A stretch of DNA of 64,000 bases from the NCBI GenBank assembly GCA_964057225.1, contig OZ059896.1, positions 496,001-560,000 of the forward strand, written 5' to 3'. Source of the DNA: Auanema rhodensis. Taxonomy: Eukaryota > Animalia > Nematoda. Of this stretch, positions 1-13,115 are shown one piece after another (position 1 is the first letter of the stretch; every line of letters begins with the position of its first letter). Position numbers and translations under genes: made by a program. The notes under the pieces are model-generated. The model searched no databases and was not told the origin of the DNA. It was given only the letters and a program-made list of their open reading frames with translations.

Positions 1-176
1 CGTAAATTTCAAAGTCATGGTTACCATGAACCAATATCAATAAAAATTTGTTTTTAGACTAATATGGACATGGGGAATCTAATTTTGAAAACCGCATCTC
101 TTTATCTTTCACGTGAAGCGAGTTACATACCAAGTGCACATCACGTGTACATTTAATTAGCATAAATTAAAGTTCA
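1..176 (+). repeat. Representative monomer (arbitrary phase): cgtaaatttcaaagtcatggttaccatg[c/a]accaatatcaataaaaatttgtttttagactaatatggacatggggaatctaattttgaaaaccgcatctctttatctttcacgtgaagcgagttacataccaagtgcacatcacgtgtacatttaattagcataaattaaagttca
   Basis: Read directly from positions 1-176. The commonest polymorphism is C/A at monomer position 29. Each unit carries BstEII (GGTNACC, 19-25), two PmlI (CACGTG, 110-115 and 142-147), ApaLI (GTGCAC, 134-139) and BsrGI (TGTACA, 146-151) sites. Confidence 0.98.
107..123 (+). other. CENP-B-box-like motif tttcacgtgaagcgagt (present in nearly every monomer)
   Basis: Matches 11/17 positions of YTTCGTTGGAARCGGGA and 7/9 of the core nTTCGnnnnAnnCGGGn. Both core mismatches are G>A. 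Function is unproven. Confidence 0.35.
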
Positions 177-3100
177 CGTAAATTTCAAAGTCATGGTTAC
201 CATGCACCAATATCAATAAAAATTTGTTTTTAGACTAATATGGACATGGGGGATCTAATTTTGAAAACCGCATCTCTTTATCTTTCACGTGAAGCGAGTT
301 ACATACCAAGTGCACATCACGTGTACATTTAATTAGCATAAATTAAAGTTCACGTAAATTTCAAAGTCATGGTTACCATGAACCAATATCAATAAAAATT
401 TGTTTTTAGACTAATATGGACATGGGTAATCTAATTTTGAAAACCGCATCTCTTTATCTTTCACGTGAAGCGAGTTACATACCAAGTGCACATCACGTGT
501 ACATTTAATTAGCATAAATTAAAGTTCACGTAAATTTCAAAGTCATGGTTACCATGCACCAATATCAATAAAAATTTGTTTTTAGACTAATATGGACATG
601 AGGAATCTAATTTTGAAAACCGCATCTCTTTATCTTTCACGTGAAGCGAGTTACATAGCAAGTGCACATCACGTGTACATTTAATTAGCATAAATTAAAG
701 TTCACGTAAATTTCAAAGTCATGGTTACCATGCACCAATATCAATAAAAATTTGTTTTTAGACTAATATGGACATGAGGAATCTAATTTTGAAAACCGCA
801 TCTCTTTATCTTTCACGTGAAGCGAGTTACATACCAAGTGCACATCACGTGTACATTTAATTAGCATAAATTAAAGTTCACGTAAATTTCAAAGTCATGG
901 TTACCATGCACCAATATCAATAAAAATTAGTTTTTAGACTAATATGGACATGGGTAATCTAATTATGAAAACCGCATCTCTTTAACTTTCACGTGAAGCG
1001 AGTTACATACCAAGTGCACATCACGTGTACATTTAATTAGCATAAATTAAAGTTCACGTAAATTTCAAAGTCATGGTTACCATGCACCAATATCAATAAA
1101 AATTTGTTTTTAGACTAATATGGACATGGGGAATCTAATTTTGAAAACCGCATCTCTTTATCTTTCACGTGAAGCGAGTTACATACCAAGTGCACATCAC
1201 GTGTACATTTAATTAGCATAAATTAAAGTTCACGTAAATTTCAAAGTCATGGTTACCATGCACCAATATCAATAAAAATTTGTTTTTAGACTAATATGGA
1301 CATGGGGAATCTAATTTTGAAAACCGTATCTCTTTATCTTTCACGTGAAGCGAGTTACATACCAAGTGCACATCACGTGTACATTTAATTAGCATAAATT
1401 AAAGTTCACGTAAATTTCAAAGTCATGGTTACCATACACCAATATCAATAAAAATTTGTTTTTAGACTAATATGGACATGGGGAATCTAATTTTGAAAAC
1501 CGCATCTCTTTATCTTTCACGTGAAGCGAGTTACATACCAAGTGCACATCACGTGTACATTTAATTAGCATAAATTAAAGTTCACGTAAAATTCAAAGTC
1601 ATGGTTACCATGCACCAATATCAATAAAAATTTGTTTTTAGACTAATATGGACATGGGTAATCTAATTTTGAAAACCGCATCTCTTTATCTTTCACGTGA
1701 AGCGAGTTACATACCAAGTGCACATCACGTGTACATTTAATTAGCATAAATTAAAGTTCACGTAAATTTCAAAGTCATGGTTACCATGAACCAATATCAA
1801 TAAAAATTTGTTTTTAGACTAATATGGACATGGGGAATCTAATTTTGAAAACCGCATCTCTTTATCTTTCACGTGAAGCGAGTTACATACCAAGTGCACA
1901 TCACGTGTACATTTAATTAGCATAAATTAAAGTTCCGTAAATTTCAAAGTCATGGTTACCATGAACCAATATCAATAAAAATTTGTTTTTAGACTAATAT
2001 GGACATGGGGAATCTAATTTTGAAAACCGCATCTCTTTATCTTTCACGTGAAGCGAGTTACATACCAAGTGCACATCACGTGTACATTTAATTAGCATAA
2101 ATTAAAGTTCACGTAAAATTCAAAGTCATGGTTACCATGCACCAATATCAATAAAAATTTGTTTTTAGACTAATATGGACATGGGGAATCTAATTTTGAA
2201 AACCGCATCTCTTTATCTTTCACGTGAAGCGAGTTACATACCAAGTGCACATCACGTGTACATTTAATTAGCATAAATTAAAGTTCACGTAAATTTCAAA
2301 GTCATGGTTACCATGCACCAATATCAATAAAAATTTGTTTTTAGACTAATATGGACATGGGGAATCTAATTTTGAAAACCGCATCTCTTTATCTTTCACG
2401 TGAAGCGAGTTACATACCAAGTGCACATCACGTGTACATTTAATTAGCATAAATTAAAGTTCACGTAAATTTCAAAGTCGTGGTTACCATGCACCAATAT
2501 CAATAAAAATTTGTTTTTAGACTAATATGGACATGAGGAATCTAATTTTGGAAACCGCATCTCTTTATCTTTCACGTGAAGCGAGTTACATACCAAGTGC
2601 ACATCACGTGTACATTTAATTAGCATAAATTAAAGTTCACGTAAATTTCAAAGTCGTGGTTACCATGCACCAATATCAATAAAAATTTGTTTTTAGACTA
2701 ATATGGACATGGGGAATCTAATTTTGGAAACCGCATCTCTTTATCTTTCACGTGAAGCGAGTTACATACCAAGTGCACATCACGTGTACATTTAATTAGC
2801 ATAAATTAAAGTTCACGTAAATTTCAAAGTCATGGTTACCATGCACCAATATCAATAAAAATTTGTTTTTAGACTAATATGGACATGGGGAATCTAATTT
2901 TGAAAACCGTATCTCTTTATCTTTCACGTGAAGCGAGTTACATACCAAGTGCACATCACGTGTACATTTAATTAGCATAAATTAAAGTTCACGTAAATTT
3001 CAAAGTCATGGTTACCATGAACCAATATCAATAAAAATTTGTTTTTAGACTAATATGGACATGGGGAATCTAATTTTGAAAACCGCATCTCTTTATCTTT

Positions 3101-4927
3101 CACGTGAAGCGAGTTACATACCAAGTGCACATCACGTGTACATTTAATTAGCATAAATTAAAGTTCACGTAAATTTCAAAGTCATGGTTACCATGCACCA
3201 ATATCAATAAAAATTTGTTTTTAGACTAATATGGACATGGGGGATCTAATTTTGAAAACCGCATCTCTTTATCTTTCACGTGAAGCGAGTTACATACCAA
3301 GTGCACATCACGTGTACATTTAATTAGCATAAATTAAAGTTCACGTAAATTTCAAAGTCATGGTTACCATGAACCAATATCAATAAAAATTTGTTTTTAG
3401 ACTAATATGGACATGGGTAATCTAATTTTGAAAACCGCATCTCTTTATCTTTCACGTGAAGCGAGTTACATACCAAGTGCACATCACGTGTACATTTAAT
3501 TAGCATAAATTAAAGTTCACGTAAATTTCAAAGTCATGGTTACCATGCACCAATATCAATAAAAATTTGTTTTTAGACTAATATGGACATGAGGAATCTA
3601 ATTTTGAAAACCGCATCTCTTTATCTTTCACGTGAAGCGAGTTACATAGCAAGTGCACATCACGTGTACATTTAATTAGCATAAATTAAAGTTCACGTAA
3701 ATTTCAAAGTCATGGTTACCATGCACCAATATCAATAAAAATTTGTTTTTAGACTAATATGGACATGAGGAATCTAATTTTGAAAACCGCATCTCTTTAT
3801 CTTTCACGTGAAGCGAGTTACATACCAAGTGCACATCACGTGTACATTTAATTAGCATAAATTAAAGTTCACGTAAATTTCAAAGTCATGGTTACCATGC
3901 ACCAATATCAATAAAAATTAGTTTTTAGACTAATATGGACATGGGTAATCTAATTATGAAAACCGCATCTCTTTAACTTTCACGTGAAGCGAGTTACATA
4001 CCAAGTGCACATCACGTGTACATTTAATTAGCATAAATTAAAGTTCACGTAAATTTCAAAGTCATGGTTACCATGCACCAATATCAATAAAAATTTGTTT
4101 TTAGACTAATATGGACATGGGGAATCTAATTTTGAAAACCGCATCTCTTTATCTTTCACGTGAAGCGAGTTACATACCAAGTGCACATCACGTGTACATT
4201 TAATTAGCATAAATTAAAGTTCACGTAAATTTCAAAGTCATGGTTACCATGCACCAATATCAATAAAAATTTGTTTTTAGACTAATATGGACATGGGGAA
4301 TCTAATTTTGAAAACCGTATCTCTTTATCTTTCACGTGAAGCGAGTTACATACCAAGTGCACATCACGTGTACATTTAATTAGCATAAATTAAAGTTCAC
4401 GTAAATTTCAAAGTCATGGTTACCATGCACCAATATCAATAAAAATTTGTTTTTAGACTAATATGGACATGGGGAATCTAATTTTGAAAACCGCATCTCT
4501 TTATCTTTCACGTGAAGCGAGTTACATACCAAGTGCACATCACGTGTACATTTAATTAGCATAAATTAAAGTTCACGTAAATTTCAAAGTCATGGTTACC
4601 ATGCACCAATATCGATAAAAATTTGTTTTTAGACTAATATGGACATGGGGAATCTAATTTTGAAAACCGCATCTCTTTATCTTTCACGTGAAGCGAGTTA
4701 CATACCAAGTGCACATCACGTGTACATTTAATTAGCATAAATTAAAGTTCACGTAAATTTCAAAGTCATGGTTACCATGCACCAATATCAATAAAAATTT
4801 GTTTTTAGACTAATATGGACATGGGGAATCTAATTTTGAAAACCGCATCTCTTTATCTTTCACGTGAAGCGAGTTACATACCAAGTGCACATCACGTGTA
4901 CATTTAATTAGCATAAATTAAAGTTCA

Positions 4928-7900
4928 CGTAAATTTCAAAGTCATGGTTACCATGCACCAATATCAATAAAAATTTGTTTTTAGACTAATATGGACATGG
5001 GGAATCTAATTTTGAAAACCGCATCTCTTTAACTTTCACGTGAAGCGAGTTACATACCAAGTGCACATCACGTGTACATTTAATTAGCATAAATTAAAGT
5101 TCACGTAAATTTCAAAGTCATGGTTACCATGAAGCAATATCAATAAAAATTTGTTTTTAGACTAATATGGACATGGGGAATCTAATTTTGTAAACCGCAT
5201 CTCTTTATCTTTCACGTGAAGCGAGTTACATACCAAGTGCACATCACGTGTACATTTAATTAGCATAAATTAAAGTTCACGTAAATTTCAAAGTCATGGT
5301 TACCATGAACCAATATCAATAAAAATTTGTTTTTAGACTAATATGGACATGGGGAATCTAATTTTGAAAACCGCATCTCTTTATCTTTCACGTGAAGCGA
5401 GTTACATACCAAGTGCACATCACGTGTACATTTAATTAGCATAAATTAAAGTTCACGTAAATTTCAAAGTCATGGTTACCATGAAGCAATATCAATAAAA
5501 ATTTGTTTTTAGACTAATATGGACATGGGGAATCTAATTTTGAAAACCGCATCTCTTTATCTTTCACGTGAAGCGAGTTACATACCAAGTGCACATCACG
5601 TGTACATTTAATTAGCATAAATTAAAGTTCACGTAAATTTCAAAGTCATGGTTACCATGCACCAATATCAATAAAAATTTGTTTTTAGACTAATATGGAC
5701 ATGGGGAATCTAATTTTGTAAACCGCATCTCTTTATCTTTCACGTGAAGCGAGTTACATACCAAGTGCACATCACGTGTACATTTAATTAGCATAAATTA
5801 AAGTTCACGTAAATTTCAAAGTCATGGTTACCATGCACCAATATCAATAAAAATTTGTTTTTAGACTAATATGGACATGGGGAATCTAATTTTGAAAACC
5901 GCATCTCTTTATCTTTCACGTGAAGCGAGTTACATACCAAGTGCACATCCCGTGTACATTTAATTAGCATAAATTAAAGTTCACGTAAATTTCAAAGTCA
6001 TGGTTACCATGCACCAATATCGATAAAAATTTGTTTTTAGACTAATATGGACATGGGGAATCTAATTTTGAAAACCGCATCTCTTTATCTTTCACGTGAA
6101 GCGAGTTACATACCAAGTGCACATCACGTGTACATTTAATTAGCATAAATTAAAGTTCACGTAAATTTCAAAGTCATGGTTACCATGCACCAATATCAAT
6201 AAAAATTTGTTTTTAGACTAATATGGACATGGGGAATCTAATTTTGAAAACCGCATCTCTTTATCTTTCACGTGAAGCGAGTTACATACCAAGTGCACAT
6301 CACGTGTACATTTAATTAGCATAAATTAAAGTTCACGTAAATTTCAAAGTCATGGTTACCATGCACCAATATCAATAAAAATTTGTTTTTAGACTAATAT
6401 GGACATGGGTAATCTAATTTTGAAAACCGCATCTCTTTATCTTTCACGTGAAGCGAGTTACATACCAAGTGCACATCACGTGTACATTTAATTAGCATAA
6501 ATTAAAGTTCACGTAAATTTCAAAGTCATGGTTACCATGCACCAATATCAATAAAAATTTGTTTTTAGACTAATATGGACATGGGGAATCTAATTTTGAA
6601 AACCGCATCTCTTTATCTTTCACGTGAAGCGAGTTACATACCAAGTGCACATCACGTGTACATTTAATTAGCATAAATTAAAGTTCACGTAAATTTCAAA
6701 GTCGTGGTTACCATGCACCAATATCAATAAAAATTTGTTTTTAGACTAATATGGACATGGGGAATCTAATTTTGAAAACCGCATCTCTTTATCTTTCACG
6801 TGAAGCGAGTTACATACAAAGTGCACATCACGTGTACATTTAATTAGCATAAATTAAAGTTCACGTAAATTTCAAAGTCATGGTTACCATGCACCAATAT
6901 CAATAAAAATTTGTTTTTAGACTAATATGGACATGGGGAATCTAATTTTGAAAACCGCATCTCTTTATCTTTCACGTGAAGCGAGTTACATACCAAGTGC
7001 ACATCACGTGTACATTTAATTAGCATAAATTAAAGTTCACGTAAAATTCAAAGTCATGGTTACCATGCACCAATATCAATAAAAATTTGTTTTTAGACTA
7101 ATATGGACATGAGGAATCTAATTTTGAAAACCGCATCTCTTTATCTTTCACGTGAAGCGAGTTACATACCAAGTGCACATCACGTGTACATTTAATTAGC
7201 ATAAATTAAAGTTCACGTAAATTTCAAAGTCATGGTTACCATGCACCAATATCAATAAAAATTTGTTTTTAGACTAATATGGACATGGGGAATCTAATTT
7301 TGAAAACCGCATCTCTTTATCTTTCACGTGAAGCGAGTTACATACCAAGTGCACATCACGTGTACATTTAATTAGCATAAATTAAAGTTCACGTAAATTT
7401 CAAAGTCATGGTTACCATGCACCAATATCGATAAAAATTTGTTTTTAGACTAATATGGACATGGGGAATCTAATTTTGAAAACCGCATCTCTTTATCTTT
7501 CACGTGAAGCGAGTTACATACCAAGTGCACATCACGTGTACATTTAATTAGCATAAATTAAAGTTCACGTAAATTTCAAAGTCATGGTTACCATGCACCA
7601 ATATCAATAAAAATTTGTTTTTAGACTAATATGGACATGGGGAATCTAATTTTGAAAACCGCATCTCTTTATCTTTCACGTGAAGCGAGTTACATACCAA
7701 GTGCACATCACGTGTACATTTAATTAGCATAAATTAAAGTTCACGTAAATTTCAAAGTCATGGTTACCATGCACCAATATCGATAAAAATTTGTTTTTAG
7801 ACTAATATGGACATGGGGAATCTAATTTTGAAAACCGCATCTCTTTATCTTTCACGTGAAGCGAGTTACATACCAAGTGCACATCACGTGTACATTTAAT

Positions 7901-10735
7901 TAGCATAAATTAAAGTTCACGTAAATTTCAAAGTCATGGTTACCATGCACCAATATCAATAAAAATTTGTTTTTAGACTAATATGGACATGGGGAATCTA
8001 ATTTTGAAAACCGCATCTCTTTAACTTTCACGTGAAGCGAGTTACATACCAAGTGCACATCACGTGTACATTTAATTAGCATAAATTAAAGTTCACGTAA
8101 ATTTCAAAGTCATGGTTACCATGCACCAATATCAATAAAAATTTGTTTTTAGACTAATATGGACATGGGGAATCTAATTTTGAAAACCGCATCTCTTTAA
8201 CTTTCACGTGAAGCGAGTTACATACCAAGTGCACATCACGTGTACATTTAATTAGCATAAATTAAAGTTCACGTAAATTTCAAAGTCATGGTTACCATGA
8301 AGCAATATCAATAAAAATTTGTTTTTAGACTAATATGGACATGGGGAATCTAATTTTGTAAACCGCATCTCTTTATCTTTCACGTGAAGCGAGTTACATA
8401 CCAAGTGCACATCACGTGTACATTTAATTAGCATAAATTAAAGTTCACGTAAATTTCAAAGTCATGGTTACCATGAACCAATATCAATAAAAATTTGTTT
8501 TTAGACTAATATGGACATGGGGAATCTAATTTTGAAAACCGCATCTCTTTATCTTTCACGTGAAGCGAGTTACATACCAAGTGCACATCACGTGTACATT
8601 TAATTAGCATAAATTAAAGTTCACGTAAATTTCAAAGTCATGGTTACCATGAAGCAATATCAATAAAAATTTGTTTTTAGACTAATATGGACATGGGGAA
8701 TCTAATTTTGAAAACCGCATCTCTTTATCTTTCACGTGAAGCGAGTTACATACCAAGTGCACATCACGTGTACATTTAATTAGCATAAATTAAAGTTCAC
8801 GTAAATTTCAAAGTCATGGTTACCATGCACCAATATCAATAAAAATTTGTTTTTAGACTAATATGGACATGGGGAATCTAATTTTGTAAACCGCATCTCT
8901 TTATCTTTCACGTGAAGCGAGTTACATACCAAGTGCACATCACGTGTACATTTAATTAGCATAAATTAAAGTTCACGTAAATTTCAAAGTCATGGTTACC
9001 ATGCACCAATATCAATAAAAATTTGTTTTTAGACTAATATGGACATGGGGAATCTAATTTTGAAAACCGCATCTCTTTATCTTTCACGTGAAGCGAGTTA
9101 CATACCAAGTGCACATCCCGTGTACATTTAATTAGCATAAATTAAAGTTCACGTAAATTTCAAAGTCATGGTTACCATGCACCAATATCGATAAAAATTT
9201 GTTTTTAGACTAATATGGACATGGGGAATCTAATTTTGAAAACCGCATCTCTTTATCTTTCACGTGAAGCGAGTTACATACCAAGTGCACATCACGTGTA
9301 CATTTAATTAGCATAAATTAAAGTTCACGTAAATTTCAAAGTCATGGTTACCATGCACCAATATCAATAAAAATTTGTTTTTAGACTAATATGGACATGG
9401 GGAATCTAATTTTGAAAACCGCATCTCTTTATCTTTCACGTGAAGCGAGTTACATACCAAGTGCACATCACGTGTACATTTAATTAGCATAAATTAAAGT
9501 TCACGTAAATTTCAAAGTCATGGTTACCATGCACCAATATCAATAAAAATTTGTTTTTAGACTAATATGGACATGGGTAATCTAATTTTGAAAACCGCAT
9601 CTCTTTATCTTTCACGTGAAGCGAGTTACATACCAAGTGCACATCACGTGTACATTTAATTAGCATAAATTAAAGTTCACGTAAATTTCAAAGTCATGGT
9701 TACCATGCACCAATATCAATAAAAATTTGTTTTTAGACTAATATGGACATGGGGAATCTAATTTTGAAAACCGCATCTCTTTATCTTTCACGTGAAGCGA
9801 GTTACATACCAAGTGCACATCACGTGTACATTTAATTAGCATAAATTAAAGTTCACGTAAATTTCAAAGTCGTGGTTACCATGCACCAATATCAATAAAA
9901 ATTTGTTTTTAGACTAATATGGACATGGGGAATCTAATTTTGAAAACCGCATCTCTTTATCTTTCACGTGAAGCGAGTTACATACAAAGTGCACATCACG
10001 TGTACATTTAATTAGCATAAATTAAAGTTCACGTAAATTTCAAAGTCATGGTTACCATGCACCAATATCAATAAAAATTTGTTTTTAGACTAATATGGAC
10101 ATGGGGAATCTAATTTTGAAAACCGCATCTCTTTATCTTTCACGTGAAGCGAGTTACATACCAAGTGCACATCACGTGTACATTTAATTAGCATAAATTA
10201 AAGTTCACGTAAAATTCAAAGTCATGGTTACCATGCACCAATATCAATAAAAATTTGTTTTTAGACTAATATGGACATGAGGAATCTAATTTTGAAAACC
10301 GCATCTCTTTATCTTTCACGTGAAGCGAGTTACATACCAAGTGCACATCACGTGTACATTTAATTAGCATAAATTAAAGTTCACGTAAATTTCAAAGTCA
10401 TGGTTACCATGCACCAATATCAATAAAAATTTGTTTTTAGACTAATATGGACATGGGGAATCTAATTTTGAAAACCGCATCTCTTTATCTTTCACGTGAA
10501 GCGAGTTACATACCAAGTGCACATCACGTGTACATTTAATTAGCATAAATTAAAGTTCACGTAAATTTCAAAGTCATGGTTACCATGCACCAATATCGAT
10601 AAAAATTTGTTTTTAGACTAATATGGACATGGGGAATCTAATTTTGAAAACCGCATCTCTTTATCTTTCACGTGAAGCGAGTTACATACCAAGTGCACAT
10701 CACGTGTACATTTAATTAGCATAAATTAAAGTTCA
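4928..10735. repeat. Higher-order duplication: 15 monomers at 4928-7567 repeated at 8096-10735 (offset 3168 = 18 monomers)
   Basis: Rare variants atccc (5950/9118) and tacaaa (6818/9986) pair at 3168 bp. The aagc, tgta, atcga, gggt and gagg alleles occur in identical order. Confidence 0.92.
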
Positions 10736-11087
10736 CGTAAATTTCAAAGTCATGGTTACCATGCACCAATATCAATAAAAATTTGTTTTTAGACTAATAT
10801 GGACATGGGGAATCTAATTTTGAAAACCGCATCTCTTTAACTTTCACGTGAAGCGAGTTACATACCAAGTGCACATCACGTGTACATTTAATTAGCATAA
10901 AATAAAGTTCACGTAAATTTCAAAGTCATGGTTACCATGAACCAATATCAATAAAAATTTGTTTTTAGACTAATATGGACATGGGGAATCTAATTTTGAA
11001 AACCGCATCTCTTTATCTTTCACGTGAAGCGAGTTACATACCAAGTGCACATCACGTGTACATTTAATTAGCATAAATTAAAGTTCA

Positions 11088-11309
11088 CGTAAATTTCAAA
11101 GTCATGGTTACCATGCACCAATATCAATAAAAATTTGTTTTTAGACTAATATGGACATGGGGAATCTAATTTTGAAAACCGCATCTCTTTATCTTTCACG
11201 TGAAGCGAGTTACATAAGTTACATACCAAGTGCACATCACGTGACGTGAAGCGAGTTACATACCAAGTGCACATCACGTGTACATTTAATTAGCATAAAT
11301 TAAAGTTCA
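11088..11309 (+). repeat. 222-bp variant monomer (+9 bp tandem duplication and +37 bp reiteration)
   Basis: agttacata twice (11208-11225), then acgtgaagcgagttacataccaagtgcacatcacgtg reiterated at 11244-11280. Confidence 0.95.
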
Positions 11310-12893
11310 CGTAAAATTCAAAGTCATGGTTACCATGCACCAATATCAATAAAAATTTGTTTTTAGACTAATATGGACATGGGGAATCTAATTTTGAAAA
11401 CCGCATCTCTTTATCTTTCACGTGAAGCGAGTTACATACCAAGTGCACATCACGTGTACATTTAATTAGCATAAATTAAAGTTCACGTAAATTTCAAAGT
11501 CATGGTTACCATGCACCAATATCAATAAAAATTTGTTTTTAGACTAATATGGACATGGGGAATCTAATTTTGAAAACCGCATCTCTTTATCTTTCACGTG
11601 AAGCGAGTTACATACCAAGTGCACATCACGTGTACATTTAATTAGCATAAATTAAAGTTCACGTAAATTTCAAAGTCATGGTTACCATGCACCAATATCG
11701 ATAAAAATTTGTTTTTAGACTAATATGGACATGGGGAATCTAATTTTGAAAACCGCATCTCTTTATCTTTCACGTGAAGCGAGTTACATACCAAGTGCAC
11801 ATCACGTGTACATTTAATTAGCATAAATTAAAGTTCACGTAAATTTCAAAGTCATGGTTACCATGCACCAATATCGATAAAAATTTGTTTTTAGACTAAT
11901 ATGGACATGGGGAATCTAATTTTGAAAACCGCATCTCTTTATCTTTCACGTGAAGCGAGTTACATACCAAGTGCACATCACGTGTACATTTAATTAGCAT
12001 AAATTAAAGTTCACGTAAAATTCAAAGTCATGGTTACCATGCACCAGTATCAATACAAATTTGTTTTTAGACTAATATGGACATGAGGAATCTAATTTTG
12101 AAAACCGCATCTCTTTATCTTTCACGTGAAGCGAGTTACATACCAAGTGCACATCACGTGTACATTTAATTAGCATAAATTAAAGTTCACGTAAATTTCA
12201 AAGTCATGGTTACCATGCACCAATATCAATAAAAATTTGTTTTTAGACTAATATGGACATGGGGAATCTAATTTTGAAAACCGCATCTCTTTATCTTTCA
12301 CGTGAAGCGAGTTACATACCAAGTGCACATCACGTGTACATTTAATTAGCATAAATTAAAGTTCACGTAAATTTCAAAGTCATGGTTACCATGCACCAAT
12401 ATCGATAAAAATTTGTTTTTAGACTAATATGGACATGGGGAATCTAATTTTGAAAACCGCATCTCTTTATCTTTCACGTGAAGCGAGTTACATACCAAGT
12501 GCACATCACGTGTACATTTAATTAGCATAAATTAAAGTTCACGTAAATTTCAAAGTCATGGTTACCATGCACCAATATCAATAAAAATTTGTTTTTAGAC
12601 TAATATGGACATGGGGAATCTAATTTTGAAAACCGCATCTCTTTAACTTTCACGTGAAGCGAGTTACATACCAAGTGCACATCACGTGTACATTTAATTA
12701 GCATAAAATAAAGTTCACGTAAATTTCAAAGTCATGGTTACCATGAACCAATATCAATAAAAATTTGTTTTTAGACTAATATGGACATGGGGAATCTAAT
12801 TTTGAAAACCGCATCTCTTTATCTTTCACGTGAAGCGAGTTACATACCAAGTGCACATCACGTGTACATTTAATTAGCATAAATTAAAGTTCA

Positions 12894-13115
12894 CGTAAAT
12901 TTCAAAGTCATGGTTACCATGCACCAATATCAATAAAAATTTGTTTTTAGACTAATATGGACATGGGGAATCTAATTTTGAAAACCGCATCTCTTTATCT
13001 TTCACGTGAAGCGAGTTACATAAGTTACATACCAAGTGCACATCACGTGACGTGAAGCGAGTTACATACCAAGTGCACATCACGTGTACATTTAATTAGC
13101 ATAAATTAAAGTTCA
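12894..13115 (+). repeat. 222-bp variant monomer (second copy)
   Basis: Same structure at 13014-13086. Offset from the first copy is 1806 = 10x176+46. Confidence 0.95.

Larger units (their letters stand above)
1..4399. repeat. Higher-order duplication: units 1-1408 repeated at 2992-4399 (offset 2991 = 17 monomers minus 1 bp)
   Basis: Rare variants recur in the same order, e.g. catagc (658/3649) and aattatg (965/3956), along with the gggga, gggt, gagg, gagg, attag, accgt series. Confidence 0.9.

Noticed and set aside
20-33. RFX X-box-like gttaccatg(a/c)ac
   Set aside because: Only one good half-site (GTTACC/GTTGCC) is present. The second half does not fit RGYAAC, and the adjacent positions are among the most variable.
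39-44. AATAAA polyadenylation signal in each monomer
   Set aside because: Expected by chance in 68% AT sequence, and there is no transcript context.
1-176. Identity with known similar-length satellites (Brassica CentBr 176 bp, Arabidopsis CEN178, honeybee AluI 176 bp, primate alpha 171 bp)
   Set aside because: Only the length is similar. The consensus has no HindIII (AAGCTT) or AluI (AGCT) site and I recognise no sequence similarity. BLAST is needed for a firm assignment.
1-176. 5S rDNA, tRNA, snRNA or spliced-leader tandem gene array
   Set aside because: No recognisable 5S, tRNA cloverleaf, Pol III A/B/C box or snRNA sequence, and no gene-versus-spacer contrast in conservation.
1935-1936. 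1-bp deletion (agttccgta instead of agttcacgta)
   Set aside because: It is present in the given sequence and shifts the phase by -1, but it is a singleton and cannot be told apart from a consensus error.
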